Shown here: positions 30,751-39,797 of the stretch, piece by piece
Numbering within the stretch: the stretch's first letter is position 1
Layout of the letters: each line of letters starts with the position of its first letter
Assembly (NCBI GenBank): GCA_965248145.1
Contig: OZ252091.1
Location: 2,898,082-2,962,081 of the forward strand
DNA from: Gammaproteobacteria bacterium
Lineage (GTDB): Bacteria; Pseudomonadota; Gammaproteobacteria; Eutrophobiales; Eutrophobiaceae
DNA: 64,000 bases
Direction: 5' to 3'
Position numbers and translations under genes: made by a program
The notes under the pieces: model-generated
Databases searched by the model: none
Seen by the model: the letters and a program-made list of their open reading frames with translations, nothing else
Told to the model about the DNA's origin: nothing

Positions 30751-31275
30751 TTTGAAGATGAAATCCTGGTCTGGGGCCGCAACCCGGATAAAGCGCAATC
30801 CTTTGCCCAGGAGCAGACACAACGTACCGGTATACGGGTCCGGGCGACAGCGGACCCGGCGGAAGCCGGCGCCTGTGACCTGGTATGTACCGTTACCACC
30901 TCACCGGAACCCATATTGGCAGGAGAATGGGTCAAACCCGGCGCCCACGTCAACCTGGTTGGCGCCCACAGTCTCGCCACGCGGGAGGCGGATACTGACC
31001 TGGTCGTCAAGTCCTCGGTTTATGTGGACCTCATGGAATCCACTCGCAATGAAGGAGGTGATATCATGATACCCGTCAGCGAAGGCGCCATTGATGAAGA
31101 ACATATCATCGGAGAACTGGGCCAGTTATTGGCAGGCAAAATTGCCGGCAGACAAAACGACCAGCAGGTTACGCTCTATCAATCCCACGGTATCAACGCC
31201 CAGGATTTGTTCGCGGCAAAGCATATCCATGCAAAAGCGCAGACAACAGGCGGGGCGCCGGTTGTGGATTTTTGA
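30751..31275 (+). pseudogene. ornithine cyclodeaminase/mu-crystallin family, C-terminal half only (5'-truncated remnant)
   Basis: Open frame from 30751 with no ATG: FEDEILVWGRNPDKAQSFAQEQ...VCTVTTSPEPILAGEWVKPGAHVNLVGAHS...LYQSHGINAQDLFAAKHI. The N-terminal Rossmann half is absent. The toxin-antitoxin pair sits where the 5' half should be. Confidence 0.55.
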
Positions 31276-31365
31276 TCTCAGAGGCTGTTGTATTTCAGCA
31301 AAAACGCTTGCCTATTTAACAACATAGGATAAAATGTTCTGATTAACTTCACCGAAACAGGAACC

Positions 31366-33447
31366 ATGACCGAACAGAATACGACAACAATAACGGATAC
31401 GGCATTTGGTGAACTACTTTCAACCCGTTTTCTGCGGCGGGAAGAGGTAAACGTACCGGTCCCACAAACCGACCCCGTAGCAAAAACACTCGTACAATCA
31501 GGCACGTCATTGCTGGACCGCCAATACCGCGCCGGTTACTGGCGTTTTGACCTTGAAGCAGATACGACGATCCCATCTGAATACATCCTGCTGCAACACC
31601 TGCTGGGTACGGTGAACAAGGCACGGGAGCAACGCCTGGCCGATTACATCATCAGCCGCCAATTGCCTGACGGAAGCTGGCCCTTGTATGAGGGTGGTCC
31701 CGGCAACGTCAGTGCTACCGTAAAAGCCTACTTTGCTCTGAAAACAGCCGGCTATGATCCTGACTCAAATGCAATGAAGCAGGCCTGCGCCTGGGTACAC
31801 AAGCAAGGTGGCGCGGAGCAAGTCAACATCTTTACCCGGATCCTGCTTGCAATTTTTGGGCAGATACCCTGGAGAACCGTACCGGCCATGTTTGCGGAAA
31901 TTATCTGGCTGCCGCGTTGGTGGATCTTCAACCTGGGCAAGGTTTCCTATTGGTCACGCTGTGTCATCATTCCCCTGTTGTTGATCTTCGCTTACAGGCC
32001 GGTGCATAAGTCCGACACAGGGCTGAACATCAGGGAGTTGTTCAAGGATGAGCCGGAATCCCTGAAACACATTGATAAATTTGCTTCGGGCAATCCCGTT
32101 AAAAACTTTTTTATCCTGCTGGATCGCCTGCTTAAACTGTTCGAACCACTGATCCCGGGATTTATAAGACGACTATCCATCAGAAAGCTGGAAGCCTGGA
32201 TACGTGAGCACATGCGTGGTGAGGGCGGTATCGGCGCCATTTATCCGGCCATGGCAAACGCCGTCTACGCACTCAAGTTGCTCGGTTGCGATGCAACTGA
32301 CCCGGACATGAAACGCGGCATAGAAGCCATCGAAGACCTGGTGATAGAGGAAGAAGAACAAACCTATGTCCAACCCTGTGTCTCACCAATCTGGGACACC
32401 TGTCTGAGTTTGTCAGCCTTGTCAGAAGCCGGGTTGCGACAGGATCACGAGGCCGTCAAACCGGCGACAGACTGGCTGTTTGACAAACAGATTTTTATCC
32501 GGGGAGACTGGGCCGGCAAAGTGCCCGACCTGGAAGGAGGCGGTTGGGCGTTCCAGTTCGAAAATGAATTCTATCCTGATGTCGACGATACCAGTATGGT
32601 CGTCATGGCGTTGCTGCGCGTCGGCGCCCATCATCACCCGGACAAGAAAAAACGCATTGCCCAGGCCGTCAACTGGATTATTGGCATGCAAAATTCGGAC
32701 GGTGGTTGGGGTTCTTTCGATATCGACAACCATTATGAATACCTGAACAACATACCTTTCGCCGACCATGGGGCGCTGGTTGACCCAAGTACCGCCGACC
32801 TGACGGGGGGCTGTATTCAAATGCTGGCAATGACCGGCTATGATAAAAGCTTTCCACCCGTTGCGCGCGCTATTGAATTCCTGCAACAGGACCAGAAACC
32901 CTGCGGCGCCTGGTTCGGTCGCTGGGGAGTCAATTACATCTACGGGACCTGGGCCGTACTGGTCGGCCTGGGCGCCCTGGGCGAAGACCCGAATCAACCC
33001 TATATACGCAAAGCGGTAGAATGGCTAAAAAGCATTCAGAACAAGGACGGCGGCTGGGGCGAAAACTGTGGCACCTATGATAAACCGGAATTGATTGGTC
33101 TGGGGAAAAGCACTGCATCGCAAACTGCATGGGCACTGCTGGGCCTGATGGCGGTGGGTGAAACGGAATCCGAGGAAGTGGAAAAAGGCATTAATTACCT
33201 GGTACGTAATTTTGACGGCGCAAAAGGTTGGAAAGAAATGTCATACACCGGCACCGGGTTTCCCCGTGTGTTCTATTTGCGTTACCACGGTTACAGCCAC
33301 TATTTCCCGGTTTGGGCCTTGGGCGAGTACCGGCGTTACCGGCAGGGACTGGAAACCCGCCAGGATATGCTGGTTCGTGATGGACCGATTGACCTGGGTG
33401 TATTACCCGTACTGAACAGTAAATATTATCAATCGAGATTTAATTGA
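31366..33447 (+). CDS. shc: squalene-hopene cyclase
   Basis: QW repeats, for example DGSWPLYEGGPGNVSATVKAYFAL and QNSDGGWGSF. Catalytic DVDDTS motif in GGWAFQFENEFYPDVDDTSMVVMAL. Confidence 0.85.
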   Translation: MTEQNTTTITDTAFGELLSTRFLRREEVNVPVPQTDPVAKTLVQSGTSLLDRQYRAGYWRFDLEADTTIPSEYILLQHLLGTVNKAREQRLADYIISRQLPDGSWPLYEGGPGNVSATVKAYFALKTAGYDPDSNAMKQACAWVHKQGGAEQVNIFTRILLAIFGQIPWRTVPAMFAEIIWLPRWWIFNLGKVSYWSRCVIIPLLLIFAYRPVHKSDTGLNIRELFKDEPESLKHIDKFASGNPVKNFFILLDRLLKLFEPLIPGFIRRLSIRKLEAWIREHMRGEGGIGAIYPAMANAVYALKLLGCDATDPDMKRGIEAIEDLVIEEEEQTYVQPCVSPIWDTCLSLSALSEAGLRQDHEAVKPATDWLFDKQIFIRGDWAGKVPDLEGGGWAFQFENEFYPDVDDTSMVVMALLRVGAHHHPDKKKRIAQAVNWIIGMQNSDGGWGSFDIDNHYEYLNNIPFADHGALVDPSTADLTGGCIQMLAMTGYDKSFPPVARAIEFLQQDQKPCGAWFGRWGVNYIYGTWAVLVGLGALGEDPNQPYIRKAVEWLKSIQNKDGGWGENCGTYDKPELIGLGKSTASQTAWALLGLMAVGETESEEVEKGINYLVRNFDGAKGWKEMSYTGTGFPRVFYLRYHGYSHYFPVWALGEYRRYRQGLETRQDMLVRDGPIDLGVLPVLNSKYYQSRFN

Positions 33448-33560
33448 TCAGCTTTATCGTATCTCCCGGGGCAGACAACTGAATTACACCATTACAGAAC
33501 CTGCGCTGGAAATGTTATTAACCCGGGGGCAGACCTGTCTGAATTTATATCGTTTAATAA

Positions 33561-34484
33561 TTGCAGGTGTATCAAATGCTTAAAGAAGTCGATAACGGTA
33601 CAATCAGGGAAATAGACGGTGAGGCGCGAGTTTATTACGAAGGTTATTGGATCCGGTATTACGACGTACCTAATAATTTAGCGTATAAAAAATCCCTTAT
33701 AGATCAATTAACCCGTCGGGTCTTTCACCACGTGGAAACGGGAATAAACACCCCGGGCAATAAACTCGAGGAAGTCCGGCACAGGTATGAAGCAGAAAAT
33801 AACTCGTCAAAAAAACGCGTACTGGCCGCCATGCTGGCCGGCGCGCTGCTCAATCGTGGCGCCGATATCCTGACTCGTGTCGTTGAACTCGAACAGATTG
33901 GCGTATCCGTCAAGCCGGACAACGAACTCCTGAGGGAATGTGGCCTTTGTTTTATGGGCGCGCTTGAACACGGGAAATACATTCGGGTTAAACATGGCCG
34001 GGAAGGACTGGAGGAACTCTGGGGAGAACCGTTTAAGGCATTTACCACCCCGGTTGAACAATTCCTTGAGAGCCGCTACATCAAAATTGCACAGACTATG
34101 CAGGGAATCGACCGGCTTACTGAAAAAATGAACGAGGTGTTTGCAGAATCACCCATGTTCCGTAAACAGGTGAAACTGGTTGAAGAATTGGCGGTCAGCG
34201 CTAAAAATACCATGGAAACCTTACGTAGCGACCCGGCTATAATTGAAATATGGCCCCGGTTTGTCAGCGCCTCCGAACAGGTTGCAGATTGCAAACCCAC
34301 TTTTGGTAATGATGCGACCCGGCGCGAATATACTTTGGGGAAACGCGGGATCGATATTTTTCACAGATGCGGCACATTAATCGAGGATTTAACAAATTAC
34401 CGGATTCCAATGCCCAAAACCACTCATGCCCTTATCCAACACTGTGACCAGTTCAAGGAAAAATACGCCAGCCGGCTGTATTAA
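33561..34484 (+). CDS. hypothetical protein (307 aa) downstream of shc
   Basis: Long ORF with good coding appearance; no recognisable domain. Confidence 0.4.
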   Translation: MQVYQMLKEVDNGTIREIDGEARVYYEGYWIRYYDVPNNLAYKKSLIDQLTRRVFHHVETGINTPGNKLEEVRHRYEAENNSSKKRVLAAMLAGALLNRGADILTRVVELEQIGVSVKPDNELLRECGLCFMGALEHGKYIRVKHGREGLEELWGEPFKAFTTPVEQFLESRYIKIAQTMQGIDRLTEKMNEVFAESPMFRKQVKLVEELAVSAKNTMETLRSDPAIIEIWPRFVSASEQVADCKPTFGNDATRREYTLGKRGIDIFHRCGTLIEDLTNYRIPMPKTTHALIQHCDQFKEKYASRLY

Positions 34485-34486
34485 GG

Positions 34487-34590
34487 TTTTTGGTTTTCAG
34501 TTTTTAGTTTTTAGTTTTTGTCATTACAAATTTACCACTAACAACTGATAACTAAAAACTGACAACTTACAACAAAAAACTAAATAAATG
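34487..34590. repeat. Low-complexity intergenic tract upstream of the acyl-CoA dehydrogenase: (agttttt)x3 and an inverted (aaaaact)-rich counterpart
   Basis: ttttcagtttttagtttttagtttttgtca ... aactgataactaaaaactgacaacttacaacaaaaaactaaat. Confidence 0.6.
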
Positions 34591-36357
34591 AGTAATTACA
34601 CCGCGCCCATCCGCGATATGCGGTTTGTACTGAATGAACTGGCAGGGCTGTCTGCTATCAATCAATTACCCGGCCTGGAGGATGCAACGGAAGATATCGT
34701 GGATGCGGTAGTTGAGGAAGCGGCAAAATTTGCCCGTGACGTACTCGCTCCCACAAACCACTCCGGGGACATAGCCGGCGCGGCCTTTAAAGATGGCAGG
34801 GTCATTCCTGCCGAGGGTTTTGATAACGCCTACCGGGCATTTGTAGAGGGTGGCTGGTCGTCCTTGCCGTTCCCGCCGGAGATAGGTGGTCAGGGACTGC
34901 CGGAACTGGTTGCGGCCGCGACCAACGAAATATGGCAATCAGCTAACATGGCATTCGCTTTGTGTCCCATGTTGACGGAAGGATGTGTCGTTGCCCTTGA
35001 AACCCATGGTTCCGCTGATTTGAAGGCAATTTTCTTACCGAAGCTTGTTTCCGGCGAATGGGCCGGGACGATGAACCTGACGGAACCGCAAGCCGGTTCC
35101 GATTTGGCCGCGGTAAAGACCAGAGCCGTACCCAATGGTGACCATTACCTGTTATCAGGACGAAAAATTTTTATCACCTGGGGAGATCATGACTTCACGG
35201 ACAATATTGTACACCTGGTACTGGCGCGTCTGCCCGACGCGCCGCCGGGGATTAAAGGCATAAGCCTGTTCCTGGTTCCCAAGTTGCAGGTCAATGCGGA
35301 TGCTTCGACCGGGCAACGGAACGACGTCTACCCTATTTCCATCGAACACAAATTGGGCATTCATGCCAGCCCGACCTGTGTCATGAGTTATGGAGATAAT
35401 GGCGGCGCCGTCGGCTACCTGGTCGGCGCCGAAAATGACGGTATAACCTGTATGTTCACCATGATGAACCACGCCCGCCTGTCAGTCGGTATTCAAGGCC
35501 TCAGTATCAGCGGGCGGGCTTATCAACAGGCCCTTGATTATGCAAAAGATCGTGAACAGGGAAAAGTGCCGGGACAGCCCGGACGAGCGAAGATCATCGA
35601 TCACGCAGACGTGCGCCGGATGCTGATGCTGATGAAATCCGGCTGTGAGGCTATGCGTGCAGTCGCCTACGTAACCGCAGCATCACTCGATCACATAAAC
35701 CAGGCTTCAAACACGAGCTACCACACCGAAAGATTTGCCCTGCTGACGCCGGTGGTCAAGGCCTGGTGCACCGAACTGGCCCAGGAGATCACCTACCTGG
35801 GCGTACAGGTACACGGTGGCATGGGCTATATTGAAGAAACCGGCGCAGCGCAACATTACCGGGACGCGCGCATAACGACGATTTACGAAGGAACCAGCGG
35901 CATCCAGGCGCAGGACCTGGTCGGCCGAAAAATCATCAAGGATGGCGGCAAAGCCGTCAAGGTACTCATCAGTGAGATTGAACAGGTCATTGCCGAATTA
36001 TCCGACTCGGACCTCAGTCAGGGAATCCTTAAACGGGAGTTGACCGACGCTACCGGAAAACTGGAGCAGGCCACGGACTGGTTGCTGCAGAACTATCAGG
36101 ATGACGCCAATGCGCCGGGTTCCATTGCGATAAATTTCCTTATGCTGATGGGTTACGTTTGCGGCGGCTGGCAAATGGCCCGGGCGGCGCTCATAGCACA
36201 GAAAAAATCAACCTCATCAGGTGATGATTTTTACCGGAGCAAAATCGTAACGGCAAGATTCTATGCAGAACACTACCTGTCCAGGAGCAGCGGGCATTTC
36301 TCGGCCATCCGGGCAGGCAGTGAGTCGATCATGGCTTTGGATGCGGAGCAGTTCTGA
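34588..36357 (+). CDS. acyl-CoA dehydrogenase, long (~590 aa) type with a C-terminal extension
   Basis: The ACAD N-terminal, middle and C-terminal domains are recognisable, for example LTEPQAGSDLAAVKT and IYEGTSGIQAQDL. Confidence 0.8.
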   Translation: MSNYTAPIRDMRFVLNELAGLSAINQLPGLEDATEDIVDAVVEEAAKFARDVLAPTNHSGDIAGAAFKDGRVIPAEGFDNAYRAFVEGGWSSLPFPPEIGGQGLPELVAAATNEIWQSANMAFALCPMLTEGCVVALETHGSADLKAIFLPKLVSGEWAGTMNLTEPQAGSDLAAVKTRAVPNGDHYLLSGRKIFITWGDHDFTDNIVHLVLARLPDAPPGIKGISLFLVPKLQVNADASTGQRNDVYPISIEHKLGIHASPTCVMSYGDNGGAVGYLVGAENDGITCMFTMMNHARLSVGIQGLSISGRAYQQALDYAKDREQGKVPGQPGRAKIIDHADVRRMLMLMKSGCEAMRAVAYVTAASLDHINQASNTSYHTERFALLTPVVKAWCTELAQEITYLGVQVHGGMGYIEETGAAQHYRDARITTIYEGTSGIQAQDLVGRKIIKDGGKAVKVLISEIEQVIAELSDSDLSQGILKRELTDATGKLEQATDWLLQNYQDDANAPGSIAINFLMLMGYVCGGWQMARAALIAQKKSTSSGDDFYRSKIVTARFYAEHYLSRSSGHFSAIRAGSESIMALDAEQF

Positions 36358-36362
36358 TTCAG

Positions 36363-36644
36363 ATGGATATACAGGATGAACAGGATTATTTTATCCTGTA
36401 CATCCATGTTATACACCTCATGGCGCTTTGCCGTGAGAGGTTTGCTTTCCTGTTCGACCTGTCAGCGAACGAACGGCCGTTTCTCGACGATGTTCTTGAT
36501 CGCGGGGAAATAAATGCAGACCTGCTTGATGTCGGTCCCGAGACACAAACGCGAATTGATGCAATGCCAATGCTCGCCTGGAAAACAGTGCTTGAGGATA
36601 CACCCAAACTCACAAGCACGAAGAAAATCAATTCCTTGACATAG
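36363..36644 (+). CDS. small hypothetical ORF (93 aa)
   Basis: ORF only; an antisense ORF of similar size also exists. Confidence 0.15.
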   Translation: MDIQDEQDYFILYIHVIHLMALCRERFAFLFDLSANERPFLDDVLDRGEINADLLDVGPETQTRIDAMPMLAWKTVLEDTPKLTSTKKINSLT

Positions 36645-36671
36645 AAAGAGAATCGCGGATTTTACCGGAAT

Positions 36672-37235
36672 TTACGAATTGGGTGGCCGTGTGGGAATAT
36701 CAAACTCCACCTCGGCGCCACTACCCCACTTACCCAGAATTTTTCTATTCTCAAAGCGATAATAAAACCCTCCCACTTCGTCAAGCCTTGTTAACATACT
36801 CTCCGCGGACATGTTGGTATTGACCCATTTCCCACTCCGCATTAATTTCGTTTTATGTTCTCTTCCTTTAGGAATCTCATCCCCATTCTCAGACATATGA
36901 TACCCGGTACCAAGAGCACGACTTTTCATTTTGTTGAACTTTTGATTTTTAAGTGCCTCAAATCGATCATATTCGGTAAGAACATAATCCAGCACCTTCA
37001 TATATACATCCTTACCATTCTTGCCATTATGGGGTTGCCCGTTGATTTTATATCGATGTATTACTTTTTTTCCTTCAGAATCATCACCAGGTGGTGGTGG
37101 TGGTGGAGGGCCTGGAGGTTCAGAAGTTTTTACTAGTTTCAATCCCTTTAAAAATTCGACTACATTATCTTTTTTGGGCGTATGCCTTCCCTCGCTATTT
37201 TCCTTCACTCGGCCAACAATAATCTCAATCAACAT
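36672..37235 (-). CDS. hypothetical protein with a poly-proline linker (EPPGPPPPPPPGDD). Last gene of the MerR-VIT operon. The reading frame is open a further 177 nt upstream without a start codon
   Basis: 187 aa from ATG 37235. The same frame continues upstream to 37412 (…KDDLNYCIEYFHRYLQYDEVKTGQAFENLRRDYEQARSDNEAKSKIPEAWDQLVANSDK-M…), overlapping the 3' end of the upstream gene. Confidence 0.45.
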   Translation of the reverse strand: MLIEIIVGRVKENSEGRHTPKKDNVVEFLKGLKLVKTSEPPGPPPPPPPGDDSEGKKVIHRYKINGQPHNGKNGKDVYMKVLDYVLTEYDRFEALKNQKFNKMKSRALGTGYHMSENGDEIPKGREHKTKLMRSGKWVNTNMSAESMLTRLDEVGGFYYRFENRKILGKWGSGAEVEFDIPTRPPNS

Positions 37236-37399
37236 CTTGTCGGAATTGGCGACAAGTTGGTCCCAGGCTTCAGGAATTTTTGATTTGGCTTCATTATCCG
37301 ACCGAGCTTGTTCATAATCACGACGTAAATTCTCGAAAGCCTGTCCCGTTTTTACTTCGTCATATTGCAGGTAACGATGGAAATACTCAATGCAATAAT

Positions 37400-38287
37400 T
37401 TAAATCATCCTTCGTAATGAGGCGTGGTCATCTGAGACCAAGTCGGGAAAACTCTTTACATAGTGTTTTTGAGCAAAGCGATTTTGGAGTTCACGATCCC
37501 ACTGAACCAAATCCTCATGCTCAAGCCACCGCCTCAAACGATTTGTCTGTTCATAAGCAAACTTTTGTCGTTCTACGCGCCCCGATATTCGATCAGGGGC
37601 ATCGTTCTCGACGTCGTCACCCCAAAGTTCTTGTTGTAATTCCTTTAAATCGCCGTAGCGGGATGTATCGCTCACGATTTCTCGTTCGAATCGAGTGAAG
37701 TCATCCACTGTATCAAGCACGTATCTGCGGGCGAGCGCTCCATAGTACCTGCTCTCGTTATTTGCACAGTAAACCAGGTAAGCGCAGTGGCGCTCATAGA
37801 CCTCACCGACTTTCTCTGGGTCGATTTCCCCGAAAGATGCTTCGTTCGGGTTTGCAATCACCATCAAGTCAAGTTGCAGTTCTATCGCTTGCCGGCAAAG
37901 CACATCAAGCATCCGACGTTGTCCACCACCGGTAATGGGGAGTTGGCATTCGAGCAGTGCCAGTATCGCTTGGGTAATGCCATAATTTCTCGACCATAAT
38001 AGCAACCATGCCATAGCGCAGGGTGTAGCATCCCAATTTTGGCACGGTTTCAGAATGTGTCCCATTTTTTTCATAACTTCCAAAAGGCGTTTGCTTTCTC
38101 CGTTTCGTTCGGAAATTATGTCATCCCAAGGCGCGCTCCATAAGGCATCGTGAAAATACAACTTCGTATTGGGTAGTACCGTCGTCACTGGTAATTTCTC
38201 ACTCAATTTGTCCCGAAAGCCGACTCGTGCGAGGCCTTTCCGGAGGTTGTCGAAAGCACGTCGCCATGCCGTCTGCGGCCTGGCCAA
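37400..38287 (-). CDS. hypothetical protein (295 aa; TTG start) with an LPITGGGQRRMLD motif
   Basis: Long ORF in the operon. Same frame as the upstream 181-aa ORF, separated from it by two in-frame TGA codons. Confidence 0.45.
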   Translation of the reverse strand: MARPQTAWRRAFDNLRKGLARVGFRDKLSEKLPVTTVLPNTKLYFHDALWSAPWDDIISERNGESKRLLEVMKKMGHILKPCQNWDATPCAMAWLLLWSRNYGITQAILALLECQLPITGGGQRRMLDVLCRQAIELQLDLMVIANPNEASFGEIDPEKVGEVYERHCAYLVYCANNESRYYGALARRYVLDTVDDFTRFEREIVSDTSRYGDLKELQQELWGDDVENDAPDRISGRVERQKFAYEQTNRLRRWLEHEDLVQWDRELQNRFAQKHYVKSFPDLVSDDHASLRRMI

Positions 38288-38350
38288 GCGGTCTGCTCTT
38301 GCAGGGAAGACTTCAAACCCAGCTCCGCAGCAACTTTTTCAGGGAAGGGT

Positions 38351-38896
38351 TCAACCCCAGATGTTCAGGTGTGTTCGGCTACGTGAATACGTACGCCGCG
38401 AGTAGCGTCGTGGGGAGAGGAACTCACGTAATATTGCGTCCGTAGAGCGCTGCAACCCCAGTTCCACAAGACAGTTCTGGCAGGGGTTCAGGTCTGTCTC
38501 GCCTGCTATGGGAGCCCCCGTCTCCGTGTCAATTCCCGTGATATGGAACTCTCCGCTGAAATCGCTGGTCGCGACATAGAGCTCGAGCCCATCTCTCCTC
38601 ATCTCCTTCAAGGTGCGACAAAAAGTAATATGAAACCTGCGTCCCTCACTGCCGTCTTCCAGTGCAGCTTGAGCCTCCTCTCCGTGGTCCCGGATATAAA
38701 GCACTACCTCGCGACCCTTATAACTCAGCAGCCTTCCGTCCGTGTCAACTTCAGATAGGGCAATCTTTTTGCCTTTTTTCAACTCGATGTCGATGGGTCC
38801 TTCCTTTTGAATGTCGACATTCACCTTCTCGTCCTCCCTGCCCCGCGTCGAATTGCTTTTTGCAGTTCTGTAATATCCATGCTCAAACGTATTCAA
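38351..38896 (-). CDS. hypothetical protein (181 aa)
   Basis: Overlaps the upstream VIT gene by 14 nt, which suggests translational coupling. No known domain recognised. Confidence 0.45.
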   Translation of the reverse strand: MNTFEHGYYRTAKSNSTRGREDEKVNVDIQKEGPIDIELKKGKKIALSEVDTDGRLLSYKGREVVLYIRDHGEEAQAALEDGSEGRRFHITFCRTLKEMRRDGLELYVATSDFSGEFHITGIDTETGAPIAGETDLNPCQNCLVELGLQRSTDAILREFLSPRRYSRRTYSRSRTHLNIWG

Positions 38897-39797
38897 CGAT
38901 ATTTTGCACGGCCTCTTTCAGGGATAAATCAAGAGTGGTTCGTTTCTCCGCCGCGCGGATGAGTCGTTTGACATGGCGGGAAAACCCCTTCCCGTGATCA
39001 CTTTCTGAAAGGGCAGCCAGGAATGCGACAACAATATCCTGCTCCGGTTTCCCATCGCCGATGCCATCAGGCGCCCAAAGCCCTTCAACTGTGGAGCCGG
39101 CAGGTTCTTTCAATATCAGCACAAAATCCCGGTCCATCAGGGAACTTCCTCCCGACAGGGATAGTTCTCTTACATCATTGATTACAGAAACAGCCACTGA
39201 ATATGAAGGACAGTCGAAATCGGCCTGAGCCAGTGCCCCCTCAATTCGAACAGCCAGTGTAAACCCATGGTTTGCTGACAATACATACTCCGGCGCTTGG
39301 TGAGGAGCCAATCCTGACGCGGACGGGTCTCCATATCGAGGAGCTATCGTTGCAGGAAGGTGGAAGCGAAGACTGTCACCCTGCCAGCGATGCAGTTGAC
39401 CATACCTGAAGCGGATAACAGCCTGTTCACCAGGCAGAATATTGCCTGCATTCAACGTGAAGAGACCCGGCTCCAACTGCTGCAGGAGTATGGCTGAATC
39501 GCCATCATCGATAGCGTCCTCGTAGCTCTCCTCCGCCTTGACATTGGCTTGCACCACGCCGCGCAGTATTTTTCCATTGAGTTCCAGAGAGAGATCCAAT
39601 AACACAGCGTCTGACGGGAGCGGAAAGGTGTAAACCGCCTCAATATTGACATTCTCCAGGTTCTTATAGACCTGGGTCACAACAACGTCTGCAAACAAGC
39701 CTCGTAAACTTGCCTGAACATCGACGGATTCAAGGGCAATATGAGCGTCATCTGCACCTGCGGGTTCAAGTACGGCTGCTAAGGCATTTATCATCAC
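38883..39797 (-). CDS. VIT-domain protein without a vWA domain (304 aa)
   Basis: ESVDVQASLRGLFADVVVTQVYKNLENVNIEAVYTFPLPSDAVLLDLSLELNGKILRGVVQ ... ESYEDAIDDGDSAILLQQLEPGLFTLNAGNILPGEQAVIRFRYG ... APRYGDP matches the VIT (vault inter-alpha-trypsin) domain pattern. There is no DxSxS MIDAS motif. Confidence 0.55.
   Translation of the reverse strand: MMINALAAVLEPAGADDAHIALESVDVQASLRGLFADVVVTQVYKNLENVNIEAVYTFPLPSDAVLLDLSLELNGKILRGVVQANVKAEESYEDAIDDGDSAILLQQLEPGLFTLNAGNILPGEQAVIRFRYGQLHRWQGDSLRFHLPATIAPRYGDPSASGLAPHQAPEYVLSANHGFTLAVRIEGALAQADFDCPSYSVAVSVINDVRELSLSGGSSLMDRDFVLILKEPAGSTVEGLWAPDGIGDGKPEQDIVVAFLAALSESDHGKGFSRHVKRLIRAAEKRTTLDLSLKEAVQNIVEYV

Noticed and set aside
36855-37136. 93-aa plus-strand ORF encoding a WWWWWRAWRF run
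   Set aside because: It is the antisense of the poly-proline linker (ccaccacc...) in the minus-strand gene, hence a low-complexity artefact.
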